A stretch of DNA of 63,928 nucleotides, counting the filler, from Olpidium bornovanus S191 (Eukaryota > Fungi > Olpidiomycota), in assembly GCA_017911155.1 (NCBI GenBank). It is 34 parts of 34 records of this genome, joined end to end, with 100 filler letters (N's around TTAATTAATTAA, not from the genome) between each part and the next. Parts side by side here need not be neighbours in the genome. Positions count along the whole stretch, not along the records: positions 34,475 to 38,127 come from JAEFCI010007322.1; positions 38,228 to 39,371 come from JAEFCI010006558.1; positions 39,472 to 40,838 come from JAEFCI010007511.1; positions 40,939 to 42,314 come from JAEFCI010011163.1; positions 42,415 to 43,877 come from JAEFCI010002081.1; positions 43,978 to 45,492 come from JAEFCI010004868.1; positions 45,593 to 47,880 come from JAEFCI010008086.1; 27 more parts are not named here. One strand, written 5' to 3'. Shown here piece by piece: positions 34,476-47,543 of this stretch. The notes beneath the pieces were generated by a model. That model did not search any database. It saw nothing but the letters and a program-made list of their open reading frames with translations, and had not been told where the DNA came from. Within the stretch, counting starts at the first letter, position 1, and each line of letters begins with the position of its first letter. Both the position numbers and the translations under genes were made by a program.

Positions 34476-35988
34476 ATGATGTGTCCGGCAGCGGACGTCT
34501 CCTTTCCTTACAATTCGCTCAATTCCTGCGGCGGAAGGGCGCTCGGCGGCTGCGCCGCAGCAGCGTGCAGCTCCGCATTCACGAGCCAAGCGGGATCCGC
34601 CGAGGCGCCGCCGGTCCCCGTCAACAGCAACCTTTGCGCGAACAGCCCGTACACGAAGATCGGGACTGTTCCGATTCACGGCCTCCACGGCGAATGTAGT
34701 ACGGACGGACGCTCTCATCTCGAAAATCCGGGGCTCTCATCGAGCACGCTTGCCAATCACCCGTTCGGGGCTGCGTTTTTCCGTCCCGAGTACGTCGGAG
34801 CGGAAAGCTGGTTGCATTATTTTTTTTTTTTTTGATTGACGTCACGGTCCAACCCCCCTCGCCCCACCCCGACCTGAACCGCCGCAGCAGTAACGGCCCG
34901 GACGTCGGGTGTTTCTATCCCGGCATCATCCCCGGATACGACGATTTTGCCGCCGGCCCGGGACAACCCCTTGTCCCCGACGGGTTTCCGAAACGCTTCT
35001 CGACCGCCGCCAGGCTTCCCCCGCAGCAGCCGCCCGCCGATCCGTCCTCTTCCCCTCATGCGCTGCTGCCGGCGCTCCCGCTGCCGCGGCCCAGAGCGCC
35101 CGCGGAGTGGTCTCTCAAGGCGCCCGAGTCCCGCGATTTGACGAGGGCTGTCCGCGAAGTGCTGCCGCCGCTCTCCCCGAGGGTGGCTCGCATCACGGTC
35201 GATAAGCCGCGCGGCAAAACCGGCGCGAAGAAGGCCAGGAGGGAGGCGGGGGCCCCTTATCCCGGCCAAACTGGCGCGAACGGCGGAACCGCGGGGAAGA
35301 AATTCGCCGCGGTCGGCGCAGCGAAGCGCGCGAGCGTCGCCGCCGCCAAGAAAAAGGAAAACCAGGCTGGGAAGCCGGCCCGCCGTCGAGCCGCGCCAAA
35401 GAAACAGAAAGTACGTTTTTTTTCTTTTTAAAGAAAACCCGGCTTGGGTTCCGTTTCGACTAAAACCAGTCGACTTTACGTTCTTCGCAGAACGGAGCCG
35501 GCGGGAACGCGGCGGGCGCGCCAGTCGCCGCGGCTAACAATATAAACCCGTCGGCGGCCGCTTCCGCAGGGAAGTGCGGAAAAGCAGGGATGATGAAGGC
35601 GGAGGGTGTTGCGGCGGGCAACGCGAGCGCCGACGTTACCAGCAACGTTACGGCGCATGCCGCCAAGAAGAAGGGCGCGGAATTCCTTGACTCTCCGGTC
35701 ACGGGAGCCGCAAACCTCGCTGAACGCGCCGCTGCGGAGCGTTCCCCTGCCGCCACAACCGCCGGCGACGACCAATCTCGGCAGGCGGCGGCGGCGGCGC
35801 ACGCTGCGGAATTTGGCAGCCCGTGGTTTGTCCCCAACTTCGTGTTCGACCGGCCGGACCCGCTCCTGTCCTTCGGCGACCCGTTTTTCGACGCGATAGT
35901 CAACCAGAATTTTGACGCGATCGCGGAGCCGGACTTTTCTCTTTGGTTCGAAGAGGGCGAGCTCGGCTACTACACCAGCACGGTCTAG
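34476..35988 (+). CDS. Hypothetical low-complexity protein with basic NLS-like middle and acidic/aromatic C-terminus (activation-domain-like)
   Basis: Phase-consistent exons 34476-34789, 34888-35410, 35491-35988 (two GTACGT donors, CAG acceptors). Contains KKKENQAGKPARRRAAPKKQK and ends DPFFDAIVNQNFDAIAEPDFSLWFEEGELGYYTSTV*. Confidence 0.55.
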
Positions 35989-35991
<3 letters not shown>

Positions 35992-36019
<28 letters not shown>

Positions 36020-36056
36020 CAAAAGATTGGAAGAGAAAGCGAGAGAGAGAGAGAGT
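35992..36056. repeat. (GA)n microsatellite, interrupted
   Basis: gagagaga... runs at about 35992-36018 and 36041-36053. Confidence 0.9.
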
Positions 36057-36566
36057 TAGACGTAGAGGAAACCAGCAGGAAGGCGCCGCGAGCCGTCACA
36101 CCCGGGGAGGGCAGGGACGGGGATGGAAGAGTGCCGGGCGGTGGAGGGCGCGCTGGCGGGTAGAGCGCGGACGCACGCATGTCTAGTCGAGCCGGCCGGG
36201 GAAGAACAGTAAGGTGGAAGGGAAACAGTTTTTGAGATTTTTTTAAGGGAACACAACGACATCGCGCACCCCTCGGGCGGCCCAACGCGCAGACTTCTCA
36301 AAACGACACGTCAAAAAAAAATAAGGAATAAAAAAAATAAGAAAACAGGAAAGGAGCCCTTTTGTTGTCGTCGTTGTTGCTTTTTTTGTTTTCGTTTTCT
36401 TTGTGCCGAATCGAGATCTGCTCTCGGGGTTTGCTGCTGGGCTTCTTTCCGAAAGATCCCGTCGCGTCGAAAGGTTCTCGGCCGCGCGTCGTCTGCGCAC
36501 GACGGACGACGGGATGGCTTCTCTCCGCTTTCGCCCCCTCACCTACCCCCACCCGGGAAAAGAAAG

Positions 36567-36597
<31 letters not shown>

Positions 36598-36617
36598 AGG
36601 GTTTCCCGCCCAAAAAC

Positions 36618-36653
<36 letters not shown>

Positions 36654-36654
<1 letters not shown>

Positions 36655-36760
36655 GTTTCCCAGTTTGATAATTTAAAAAAAAAAAAAAAAATAACGTTTC
36701 CCAGTTTGATAATTTTTTTTAAAAAAAAAAATAACGTTTCCCAGTTTGATAATTTTTTTA
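36654..36760. repeat. Three copies of CGTTTCCCAGTTTGATAATTT separated by A/T tracts (period 40-41 bp)
   Basis: Copies start at 36654, 36695 and 36735. Confidence 0.85.
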
Positions 36761-37148
36761 AAAAAAAAAAAAAAAAAAAAACAAAAAAAAGGACCACACT
36801 CGCCTTCACCCCGCCCTCTCACCCTCTGCTCTGTCTCTCCGCTCCTCCGCCCTCTTTCGCCCTCTCTCGCCTGACAACACGCTCTCTCAATCTCAAACCG
36901 TTGGCCGGGTGAAAGCCGTAAACGGACGCGTTTTCCCCCTCCGTTCCTGCGCTGAGACGAGCCCCTCTTCCCCTTCCCAGGGTCGCGTCTCGCTTGACCG
37001 CGCGCCCACGAAATCGATCTTGCTTTTTTTTGCCCTCTTTCTCTTTCCTGCCCCCGCTCGCGACAAAAGGCTGCGCTGCGCACGAGCTGTCGGTCGCGGG
37101 CCTGGCAAAAACGCGCAACAGGAGGAAAGGAAAAAAAAAATTCCCGCC

Positions 37149-38127
37149 ATGTTCTGCCGCCTCTCGCTCTCCGGCCCGTGGAGAGGGGCCGGCGCGCGCG
37201 CCCTGCCTGTGTGGACTTCTCCCCTGCGCGGCGCGGCAAACGCGACGAGACGGGTTCGGCGCGACGCGTGCACGGAGATCGTGGTTCGACAAGACCCTGA
37301 CGCGTGCCCTGCGAGCCGCGCCGACGCGGGCAAGTGCGGGCCGGTGCTGCTTCAAAAAGCACGCAAGGCACGCTGGAGCGAACCGGAAATTAGACACCTG
37401 CTCCAGGCTTACGAGACGAGGAAACTTGACCCGCGTGCATTTCGCTGGAAGGACCTCGCAGAGGAATTGGGCCGGACTGCGCAAGCATGTTTCGTAAAGC
37501 TCAAACAAGAATCTTGCCGGAATGGGCGCTGGACAAAGGATGAGCTTCAGGCACTTCACGGTGCGTTGGCTGAAGCTTGCAAGACAGGTACCATGGAAGT
37601 GAATTGGACGGCGATATCAATTGCAACGGGAAAGTCGCAGCACGCGTGTCAACGCATGGCGGTCAAATTTGGCCATCCTCCTTTATCATCAGGCGCACCG
37701 TGGACTGAGGACGAGACTAAATCACTCGTTACGTTCGTCGACGAGCAGTTGAAGGAGTCTGGTACGATAGACTGGTCTAGCATTGCCGCAAGATTCCCTG
37801 GGCGAACCAGGAGAACCGTGATGCAGAAGTACCTTAAACTGCGGCCCGGTACACAGCATCGTCCTATTCAAGGTTCAAGGTGGACTGAGGATGAGACTCA
37901 AATTCTCATTGCAACCATCGAGCACCAGCTGAGGGTATTTGGTATTGTGGACTGGCCCAGCGTTGTTGCAAGGCTTCCTGGGCGAAACTATAGTTCCGTA
38001 AGGCAAATGTACCACAGGCTGCGACCTGGTACGCAGATTTGCCATACCCCTCGTTTTCAATGGACTGAGGACCAGAATCAAATGCTCATTACAACCGTCG
38101 AGCAACAGCGGAAGGAGTTTGGTACGG
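37149..38127 (+). CDS. Tandem Myb/SANT-repeat protein (at least 5 repeats), 3' partial
   Basis: Repeats RWSEPE...WKDLAEELGRT, RWTKDE...NWTAIS, PWTEDE...DWSSIAARFPGRT, RWTEDE...DWPSVVARLPGRN and QWTEDQ. The last three have an exact 180-bp period (TGGACTGAGGA at 37701, 37881, 38061). ATG at 37149 is my choice; the frame is open from 36909. Confidence 0.87.
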
Positions 38128-38227
38128 NNNNNNNNNNNNNNNNNNNNNNNNNNNNNNNNNNNNNNNNNNNNTTAATTAATTAANNNNNNNNNNNNNNNNN
38201 NNNNNNNNNNNNNNNNNNNNNNNNNNN

Positions 38228-39371
<1,144 letters not shown>

Positions 39372-40938
39372 NNNNNNNNNNNNNNNNNNNNNNNNNNNNN
39401 NNNNNNNNNNNNNNNTTAATTAATTAANNNNNNNNNNNNNNNNNNNNNNNNNNNNNNNNNNNNNNNNNNNNCCCCCCCCACTGATGGAACTGATGTGTTT
39501 GTTCCCTGGGTTGCCGGTCGCGAAGATTCCGCGGAATCAAGGTGAAACAAGTATTCCAGATGAGTTACGGTTGTGGCCAAATTTTGCATTTCCGAGGAGT
39601 GCCCGAGGATCGATGTGCTCAAATATTTCTTTAATTTCACCGCAATTAAATTCGAGGGAAGTGACGTGATTCCGGGCCTCTTCGCCGGGACATAACCCCG
39701 TGCCAGGAGTGTCAGGCGACCGAGAGGATTCTGCCGATGCCCCGACTTGGGGGCGCGGCGTGCAGGTTGGCCTAAGGCCGTGCGAATCTCAAAATTGAAA
39801 TATCTGCTCTATAATACCGCAACGTTGTGTGACCTCCGAACAACCGCACCTGCTCGGCAAGTACGGTTGACGACAGCCGTTGCCATGGAGCGCACGGTGG
39901 GCGGCGTTCCCACTGTCGGAACGAGGCCAAGTTCGGGGAGCCGACGGCCCGTTGTCGGCGGTTGCACAGGGATTTCCCGCGTCGGATGCCGCATTGTACA
40001 GAGGCAGCTGTGGTCGCCGCGTCCATAATTATGCACGATGCATGCCTTCGCCAAAGCGCGGGTAGGAGCCAATTTCCGTGGGGGGGGGGACGGCCGTAGC
40101 CGCGGCAGTGGGGCGCGCGGGCTGCAGAAAAGTGGGCTGCGCCCGAGGAGAATGTGGGGAAATGTGCCGGACGAGCGAGTGAAACGGGCGTGTGAACGCG
40201 GGGAATACGGTCTCTCTCTCGCCCTCTATCTCTCTCGCCCCGTTTTCCCGCTCTCGTTTTCCCTTCCGACACAAAACCCCCAACTTTGCGACGGCAAAAC
40301 CATTCCCGAGAACCATCCTCCCTCATGTCGTTCGTGATATACCATGACGACAGCATCAGCGTCGACGACGCTTTTCTCTGCCGAGGCAGCGGAGCTGCTG
40401 CAGGCCAGAATGCGCATCGTGGAGCTGAAGAAAGAGAGTCCTCAAGCAGATTTTCGCACATGTCGCATTCGGCCGTCAGATACATTTTCCATTTCACACC
40501 GAAATAACGTCCCTCCGCGGGGTTGTGACAGTGGTCGAGGAGTTTCTCAACATCAACTTCGAAACGCTCAACGACAGTGTTAGTAATGGTCGTTCCAAAG
40601 GCGATAAGCCTTTTGACGAATCAGGGCAGCGCCGACAAGGACTATTCCTTCGGCGGCGGAAGGCGCGGGAGCCGTCAGAGGCGCGACGGCGGATTGCGGC
40701 CGCTTATCTTGGCGAATCATGGCATCACGTGATTCATCCGCCATGGCGAAACAGGGTTGCGAGTCCCCCGGCTGTTGGGTGCGGCGGTCCGCACGGCCGC
40801 GGCGCGACATTTACACCGTGTCAGACCGAGGGCGTTTCNNNNNNNNNNNNNNNNNNNNNNNNNNNNNNNNNNNNNNNNNNNNTTAATTAATTAANNNNNN
40901 NNNNNNNNNNNNNNNNNNNNNNNNNNNNNNNNNNNNNN

Positions 40939-41715
40939 CATGGTCTTCTGGCCGTGCCGCCGCCGACGATTGCCGCAGATTATGCTTCCCTGCTAGCCAG
41001 CTCTGAGTTCGCCGACTTCAACATTCAGCCCGGACCGGAAGGTGCTGACGACGGATCGCCGATCCCAACCCACCGGCTGGTCCTGTTCTCGCGGTGGCCT
41101 CATTTCCGTAACTTGCACTCCTCGGGTATGACTGAGTCTCGGGACGGAACCCTTCGAATTCCGGAACCGCGCAAGGTCGTGCTTGCGTTCCTGAGTTATA
41201 TATACACCGACTGCCTGATGTCACCGACAGGCGGCGGGTCGTGCTCAAAGATTTCTGTGGTCTCGCCGTCACGGGAGTCGATAGCATCGGCGCCTGACCC
41301 GCTGACGGTTTCGCACCTCCTCGTTCTGGGCAACATGTATCTTCTCCCGCGGCTTACGGCGCTTTGTGCTGGGTACTTGCACCGCAACATCTCGGTGACC
41401 CACGCCGCCCGCGTGTTCCACGCCGCCCACATCGTCGGTGACCAAGGCCTCAAGCGCCGCGCTCTCCGTTTCATGTGCAGCCATTTCGGCCCAGTCAGCC
41501 GCACTGAAGCCTTCTGGAGCCTGCCGCCCGCTACGCTTGCGGAATTTTATTACTGCGTTCCGGAAAGCGCGGTCATCTGCTTCCCGGAGCTGCCGTCAAA
41601 AGCCGGACTCGAGGGCGGCCAAGCCGTCAGGGCCGGTGTCCGCGCTGAAGGAGCGCACCAGCACGTGGGGACAGCAACTCCCGCGCAGAACGTTGAAATG
41701 GAGAACCTGGGGTGA
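40939..41715 (+). CDS. C-terminal BTB/POZ-BACK region (LZTR1/Mds3-like kelch-BTB family), 5' partial
   Basis: SEFADFNI...IPTHRLVLFSRWPHFRNLHSSGMTESRDGTLRIPE...FLSYIYTD...LLVLGNMYLLPRLTALC...LKRRALRFMCSHF. Confidence 0.85.
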   Translation, partial: HGLLAVPPPTIAADYASLLASSEFADFNIQPGPEGADDGSPIPTHRLVLFSRWPHFRNLHSSGMTESRDGTLRIPEPRKVVLAFLSYIYTDCLMSPTGGGSCSKISVVSPSRESIASAPDPLTVSHLLVLGNMYLLPRLTALCAGYLHRNISVTHAARVFHAAHIVGDQGLKRRALRFMCSHFGPVSRTEAFWSLPPATLAEFYYCVPESAVICFPELPSKAGLEGGQAVRAGVRAEGAHQHVGTATPAQNVEMENLG

Positions 41716-42414
41716 TGGCGAAGAAGCCCTGCATCTCCAAACCCCGCTGTAGGCTTTTTCGATTCTGGACATCAAGGCCTGGGGGGACGGGGAAGGGGGT
41801 GGGGCGGCTCCCACGCATCCTTCGTGCACTAACTCGTCCCGGGACCACGTCCCGTTGCGACATTCTCTTGGCCCGCCAACTCAGGACTTTAAAATGTCGC
41901 ATTTTTCTGGTTTTATCGATTTCGTCACTTTGGTTTCGCATTCCTGTAGCGAGATCCTCCACGTGCCGCCGCCCTTCTTTCCGTCCAGGGTCGTTCCGGT
42001 CATCTTCCTATATTGGCAGTCATTCCCGAACATCTTCTTCCATCCCACTGTACACAATCCGGCGAGGCCTCGGACGATGCCGCGTTACAAAAAAAAAAAA
42101 GGATGATGGAGCGAACTTTGCGGCTCGATCGAGCCCGTTACTTAGCATCATAAAAGAAAATGATAACCTGCATAAAAATACAACAGAGCGATTCGAACTT
42201 AGACAATTGAAAATTCGGGAAACTTCGAAAGTGAAAGTTCGAGCTTTAAAAATCGGAATTCTCCAGATGTGATGGGCTTCCGCGTTTTGCTGCCAGCTGG
42301 TTTTGCCGAACATGNNNNNNNNNNNNNNNNNNNNNNNNNNNNNNNNNNNNNNNNNNNNTTAATTAATTAANNNNNNNNNNNNNNNNNNNNNNNNNNNNNN
42401 NNNNNNNNNNNNNN

Positions 42415-42620
42415 ATCGATGGCCGCTCTGAATTGCCCCTTTGTCACATACCTGGCCGTGTACTTACCAATACTGCCGTCTGGTCGAAGTTTGACTTTAT
42501 ATACACCCGCTTTCCCTTTACAGGGCGCACGCCGCCCGCTTCGGATCAGGAAGCAGCAGAGGGAGAAGAGTCCCAAGGGATGCCTCGCGCATGATGCTGT
42601 AAATCCAGCCCGGCGCGGCG
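42415..42620 (-). mobile_element. Decayed Ty1/copia RT N-terminus; the rest of the contig (to 43877) may be the same eroded element
   Basis: GVYKVKLRPDGSIGKYTARYVTKGQFRAAID resembles the copia consensus KWVYKVK..DG.I..YKARLVAKGF.Q..GID. Upstream frames are broken. Confidence 0.75.
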
Positions 42621-43977
42621 TTTGTGGCGCAGATCAGCGGCGGAACAGAGGCGATGTGCGGGGGAAAGAGAGAGGTCGCGAGAACTCCGGCCGCACGCCT
42701 CCTCCGGCAGGGTAACCGGGAATGCATGAGTGCGCAGGGCCCATGCCGGCTCGAAGGCGCGTTTTCGGGGTCGGGATCGAAACCGGATTTGCGTGTTTTC
42801 AGTTTCTGGCTCCTGTGCGGATTGTCTAAAGCCGTGCGGATCTACGGTTTATTGTGCAGTTCCCAAGCAACGGACCACAGGGGGTTTTGAGACACGACCT
42901 CTTCCTCTCTCACTCTGAAACAGTTTTTATTACGTTCTCCTATCGGTCTGCTGCCGTGACCTCGGCGGCTACGGTGGCGGGAAACCCCTTCGGGATCGCC
43001 CTTCTGCGTCTTTACGCTTTTGCCCCCTTCCCTTTCCATCTTTCTTTTTTTCAATTTTGCCGGCCTCAGCTTTCATCACTTCGTCCGTTCCTGACGTCAC
43101 TTCTTCCGACATCACTTTAACCTTTTTTTACCTCACTTTAGCTTTTTCGCATTTCACTGTGAAGCCTGCGAAAATTGAGGACCAGCGGAATAATGGAGCA
43201 AATAGAGGAAGCAGAAGCGGTCCTGGGACAAAAGTCTCCCTGGCGAGTGGTTGCAGGGCGGGTGCGGACCTCACAGTTCTTGCACGTTGTCCGGCTCCGC
43301 TGGCACCACCCTTCCAGGAGGATTCTAGATGATCTGCCCCTGAGCCCCTAAATATTCTACCCCTGAGCTCCCTTGAGCCTCCTTGCCCTTGAGTGCATCC
43401 AAGACGTAACAGGCCGGACACGACCCGGCAAACGTGGAGTCTGCAATTCGCGGTCTTCAGCGCGTGTTCCCCGCCTTTGGTGTTCTCATCGTCAGGCGCG
43501 TTTCCAGGGGTCCGGGAGAGTGGCGGCGCGGGCGGAAAAGCCAACAGCACAGTCGACAAAGAAATACCGGGTGTTGCCATCCGAGCATTTTGCAGATGGG
43601 TAATTCTTGATCGCCATTGCTACCCGTGCGGACGCGGCCTCGACGATTGTGACCGAAGGAGCCGTCGCGACCGTTGCGTGAGTTGCCGGCATCATTGCCT
43701 TGCGTATTGCCACTGGATTTTTGTGATCGCGATTTCGACTCGTCACCTTGTCCTTGCCGGCGTCGATGCGGAGGCCTTTGCGCTGGTGTCCGACGTGCCT
43801 GATAATCCACGTCGCAAGGCCGCCTGCTGTGCACGAGCGAGCGAGTCCACGTGCGTCGGGTCGAGTTTGGTGCATGANNNNNNNNNNNNNNNNNNNNNNN
43901 NNNNNNNNNNNNNNNNNNNNNTTAATTAATTAANNNNNNNNNNNNNNNNNNNNNNNNNNNNNNNNNNNNNNNNNNNN

Positions 43978-45321
43978 CATGATCTGCAAGGAGAGGCGGT
44001 GCGCGCAGGGAAGGGGGGGGGGGCGGGGAAGGCAAACGGCGGGTTGCGAATGCGGGCGCCGACAAAACACGCGCGCAATTTTAAAGAACGTGTAAAAACG
44101 TGATCAACGCCGTCGGACTGTTGGCTGACGGCGCGAAGCCGGGGGCGCGTCCGGGGGCGTGACGTCCGATTTTCTTTTTTTTTTTCCGCAGGAGCTCCCG
44201 CTTACCGTCCCGTTGAGGGTGTTTTCCAGAGACACCACCCTGGTCGGGGCGTGGTGGACGTCGTCGTCGAGCAGGTTGTCTGCCACGTCCTCGGCGGTCA
44301 GGTACCGGCCGTTCCGCGGCGACACGGCGGTGACGGACGCCTGCGAATGGTACGAGATGCCTCCGGCCTCGTGACGGTAGACGTGGGCTCGCTGGTCGCA
44401 CAGGACCGAGTGCGGCGGCTGGGTCAAGTGAGCTCGGAGAGCGATCTGAACGGGGCGTTTCGGCGGGCCCCGAGTCAGGCGGGGTGCGGAGAGGCGTGCC
44501 TCTCGCGGGCGGCGGGCGCAGGTACGACGGGCAAAGGCGGGTACTCCCTGAACGAGGCGGAGAGGAGAAGGTCGGCGAGCCCTCCCCCGCCTCCTTCCCC
44601 CCGGCCCGCGGAAGCCGCGGCGCACCTGGTTTGTCATCGTCCCCGACACGCAAAAGAGGCCTGCCTCGTGGCCGCACAGCCGGGCAACATTGCGTTCCAG
44701 CGCGTCCGCGGTCGGGTCCTCCTGCGGGCACGCCGCCGGCCAAACGAGAAAAAAAAAAATAAAACGCGTGTGTTTGCGGGGGCGGACGGCGCCGTCAGGA
44801 GGCGGACAAAAAACCACTGCGCGGCGGGGGAGGGGGGAGGGGGGGGGGGGGGGGGGCACCCAAAACGGCACACCAATGGCGAAAATGGAAGGGGGGGGGA
44901 TGTTTACCCCGTACACGTCGTCGCCGACTTGTGCGTCGGCGATCGCCCTGTACATTGCGCCAGTAGGCTTGGTGACTAAGGTGGGGTGGGAAGGGGGAAA
45001 TGTCAAGGGGGACGAAAGCGAGCGGCAGATTTTTCTTTTTTCTTTTTTTTTTTTCCAGCGGAAGGATCCCGGCAAACGACGGCAGCCGCGCGCTCCGGAT
45101 TCACTCTCTCTCTCTCTCTCCCGCGCCCGCTCACCGGTGTCGCTGCGAAAGTCGAGGCGGGGCGGGCCGCGGGCGGCGGCGGCGGCGGCGGCGGCGAAGG
45201 CGCGGGTGCGCGCGTGCGGCGGCGCGGCTCCTCGGAGGGCGAGCGGCGGCGGCGGCAGCGGCGGGCGGAAGGCGGCGGCGGCGGCGGATCGGGCGCGCGT
45301 TGCGGGCAGGGCGGCGGCCAT
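43978..45321 (-). CDS. GLY1: Low-specificity L-threonine aldolase, 3' partial
   Basis: Exons 45321-45135, 44975-44908, 44721-44626, 44445-44206, 43983-43978: DFRSDTVTKPT...GDDVYGEDPT...[19 protein letters not shown]...HEAGG...[13 protein letters not shown]. Confidence 0.95.
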
Positions 45322-45404
45322 GTCGAACTGCGGGTCCGGGCGGCGGCCGGCGGAGCTGAGAGAAAGAGAATTTTTATTTTCTTGGTTTTTTGCGGGGGAA
45401 AAAG

Positions 45405-45456
<52 letters not shown>

Positions 45457-45603
45457 GCACGGCCCAAAAAAAAAAAAAAAAAGGATCGTCGGNNNNNNNN
45501 NNNNNNNNNNNNNNNNNNNNNNNNNNNNNNNNNNNNTTAATTAATTAANNNNNNNNNNNNNNNNNNNNNNNNNNNNNNNNNNNNNNNNNNNNGCCAAATA
45601 GGA

Positions 45604-45649
<46 letters not shown>

Positions 45650-45681
45650 TTCTTCCTCCCGAAACAAAAAGACTCCGACAG

Positions 45682-45850
45682 GGCCAGGCGGGCTCTGCAT
45701 AAGGCGCTGGAGGACGACTTGAACGAGACAAAGGGATCTTCCGGCCTCGACGAGGAGTGGATGGAGAGACCCCGCGTGGACGATCTGGGCGGCCCGCAAG
45801 CGCCGAGCGCGGCGGAGGCGTTCCAGAAGTCGACCAACGCTTTGAAGTGA
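45682..45850 (+). CDS. Probable terminal exon of an unidentified protein
   Basis: GACAG acceptor, then ARRALHKALEDDLNETKGSSGLDEEWMERPRVDDLGG...FQKSTNALK* with G/C-ending codons. Confidence 0.35.
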
Positions 45851-47543
45851 GCGGCCGGTGGGCGCAGTGCACGACAGGCCGTGGATTTGGTGTCCGCGCC
45901 GAAGCACCTTGCCGAGTTCCCGAAATATCCCCTTGCCCCCTTCCCTGACGAGTTGCCGAAATGTTCCCCCCCCCCCCTCCCCCCCCTCGCTCCCTCCCTT
46001 ACCCCTGCCGCTGCCGAAATCTCTGCGTGGATCAGGTTTTTTTTTTCGCACGGGTTTCCGACTCCCCGACGGCGCGAGCCTTCGCCGTGTACTGCCAGCG
46101 GACGAGCTGGCCTCGTCCGCCGGAACCCCGGATACCCGCACCTCCCACGTACGGGTACAAAATGCCGCATCGTTTTGACGTGTCGGGAATGCGGGCCGGG
46201 TCCGTTGGGCCCTCGGCGGATCGGGTTTTCGGCGTTCCGGAAGAGAAGTCGCATCCCTGGTTTTGGTTTACCTGGACACTGTCGCTTGAAGAGGGAGAAG
46301 AAAAAAAAAAAACCTCTGCGTTGTGTTCCTTGCTGACTGTGCCCAGGACCCCCTTCGCATTCAGCAGGCGTATGCGACCTTTAGAAGTGGAGTGCGTTAT
46401 ATATGCGTTTTATTAAGGCGTGGGCGGAAAGTATCGATATTTTATAGCGACTATTGTCATTACATTGTACAAGCATGCTGTTAAATATTGCAGCCGAAAA
46501 CGGTCAGCTGAATCCGGCCTCGGACAGAAAACCATCAACAACCTTAGCGGTCGTCGAAGGAAGCATCCGAAATAACGTCGGCCGAGCGAACGGTCCTTGC
46601 TGTTCCGAGCGACCGCGGCGTCCCAGGGGTCGATGCACCTTGAGAGGGCCTAAGTAGTGCGATTTCGCCCGGTTGCGGCCGCGCGCCTTACAGGCGGTCC
46701 TTTTGGCAACGCGTCCTCGGGGAAGCCGCTTCTTCGGCAGAGCATCTGCGCCCGCTTTGCCCCCGCGGGCTGTTGACTCCCAAGCTCTTTCGGGCTGGCG
46801 CATTTCGGGGATTCTGAGAACGGCAACGCCGCCTTGTGCGGGTTTTCGTGGCCGCGAGACGCGTTGTTTTCGAACGATGAAAACGCCGGGAGCCCCAGGA
46901 AAAAAAAAAAAAAAAAACGCTCGGGTGTTGCGCCGCGAGCGCCGCTGGCCGGCGGCCCCGCGCGTCGTTGGAACTCGGTCGTGTTCCACCTCCCCCGCCG
47001 TTTCGGCAGGGGGCCCGAGCCGGAAGCTCGCCGGACCTGAGGTAGAACGCCGGCGGCGCGGCCGAGGAGAGGCGGAGCCGAACTCGAACAAAAAACGGCT
47101 GCCGTCTTTCGGGGAGTGGGACACGGGAGTCGCCCGAGGCAGCGACGAGAGAGCTGCAGACGGGGGTGCTGCAGACGGGGGGGCTGCAGAGGGCGCCTGC
47201 GGCGCGGCAGAGGGCCGGCCGGGGCGTCGCCGTGCGGGCTCGCGCGGAAGAGCTCGTTTTTCGGCTTTCGTCCCGCCGGGCTCGCAAACCGCCGGTGGAG
47301 TCGGCGGCGGTTCTCCCGGTTGTCGGTTCATTACGCGTTCGGCGGTAAGACAGCGTGCTGCGTGTGCGCGTGTGGGGGAGACCAGGCCGCGACGTCTCCG
47401 GGGGCGTGCGGGGGCAGGGGGAAAAAAACCGCGTGGGCGCATTACCGTTCCGGCAGGCGCGCCAAAAAAAAAACAAAAAAAAAAAAGAAGGGGGGGGGGG
47501 GAAGGAAACGACCCTCCGCCCGCCGCACCCGCGGCCGTGTTTT

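Noticed and set aside
39472-40838. Gene from fragments such as ELLQARMRIVELKKE and VEEFLNINFETLNDS
   Set aside because: The fragments are in different frames, I could not build a phase-consistent model and no family was recognised.
43400-43877. Gag zinc knuckle (PICKMLGWQHPVFLC) as a separate feature
   Set aside because: The second Cys is missing and frames are broken; noted only as possible context for the copia RT fragment on the same contig.
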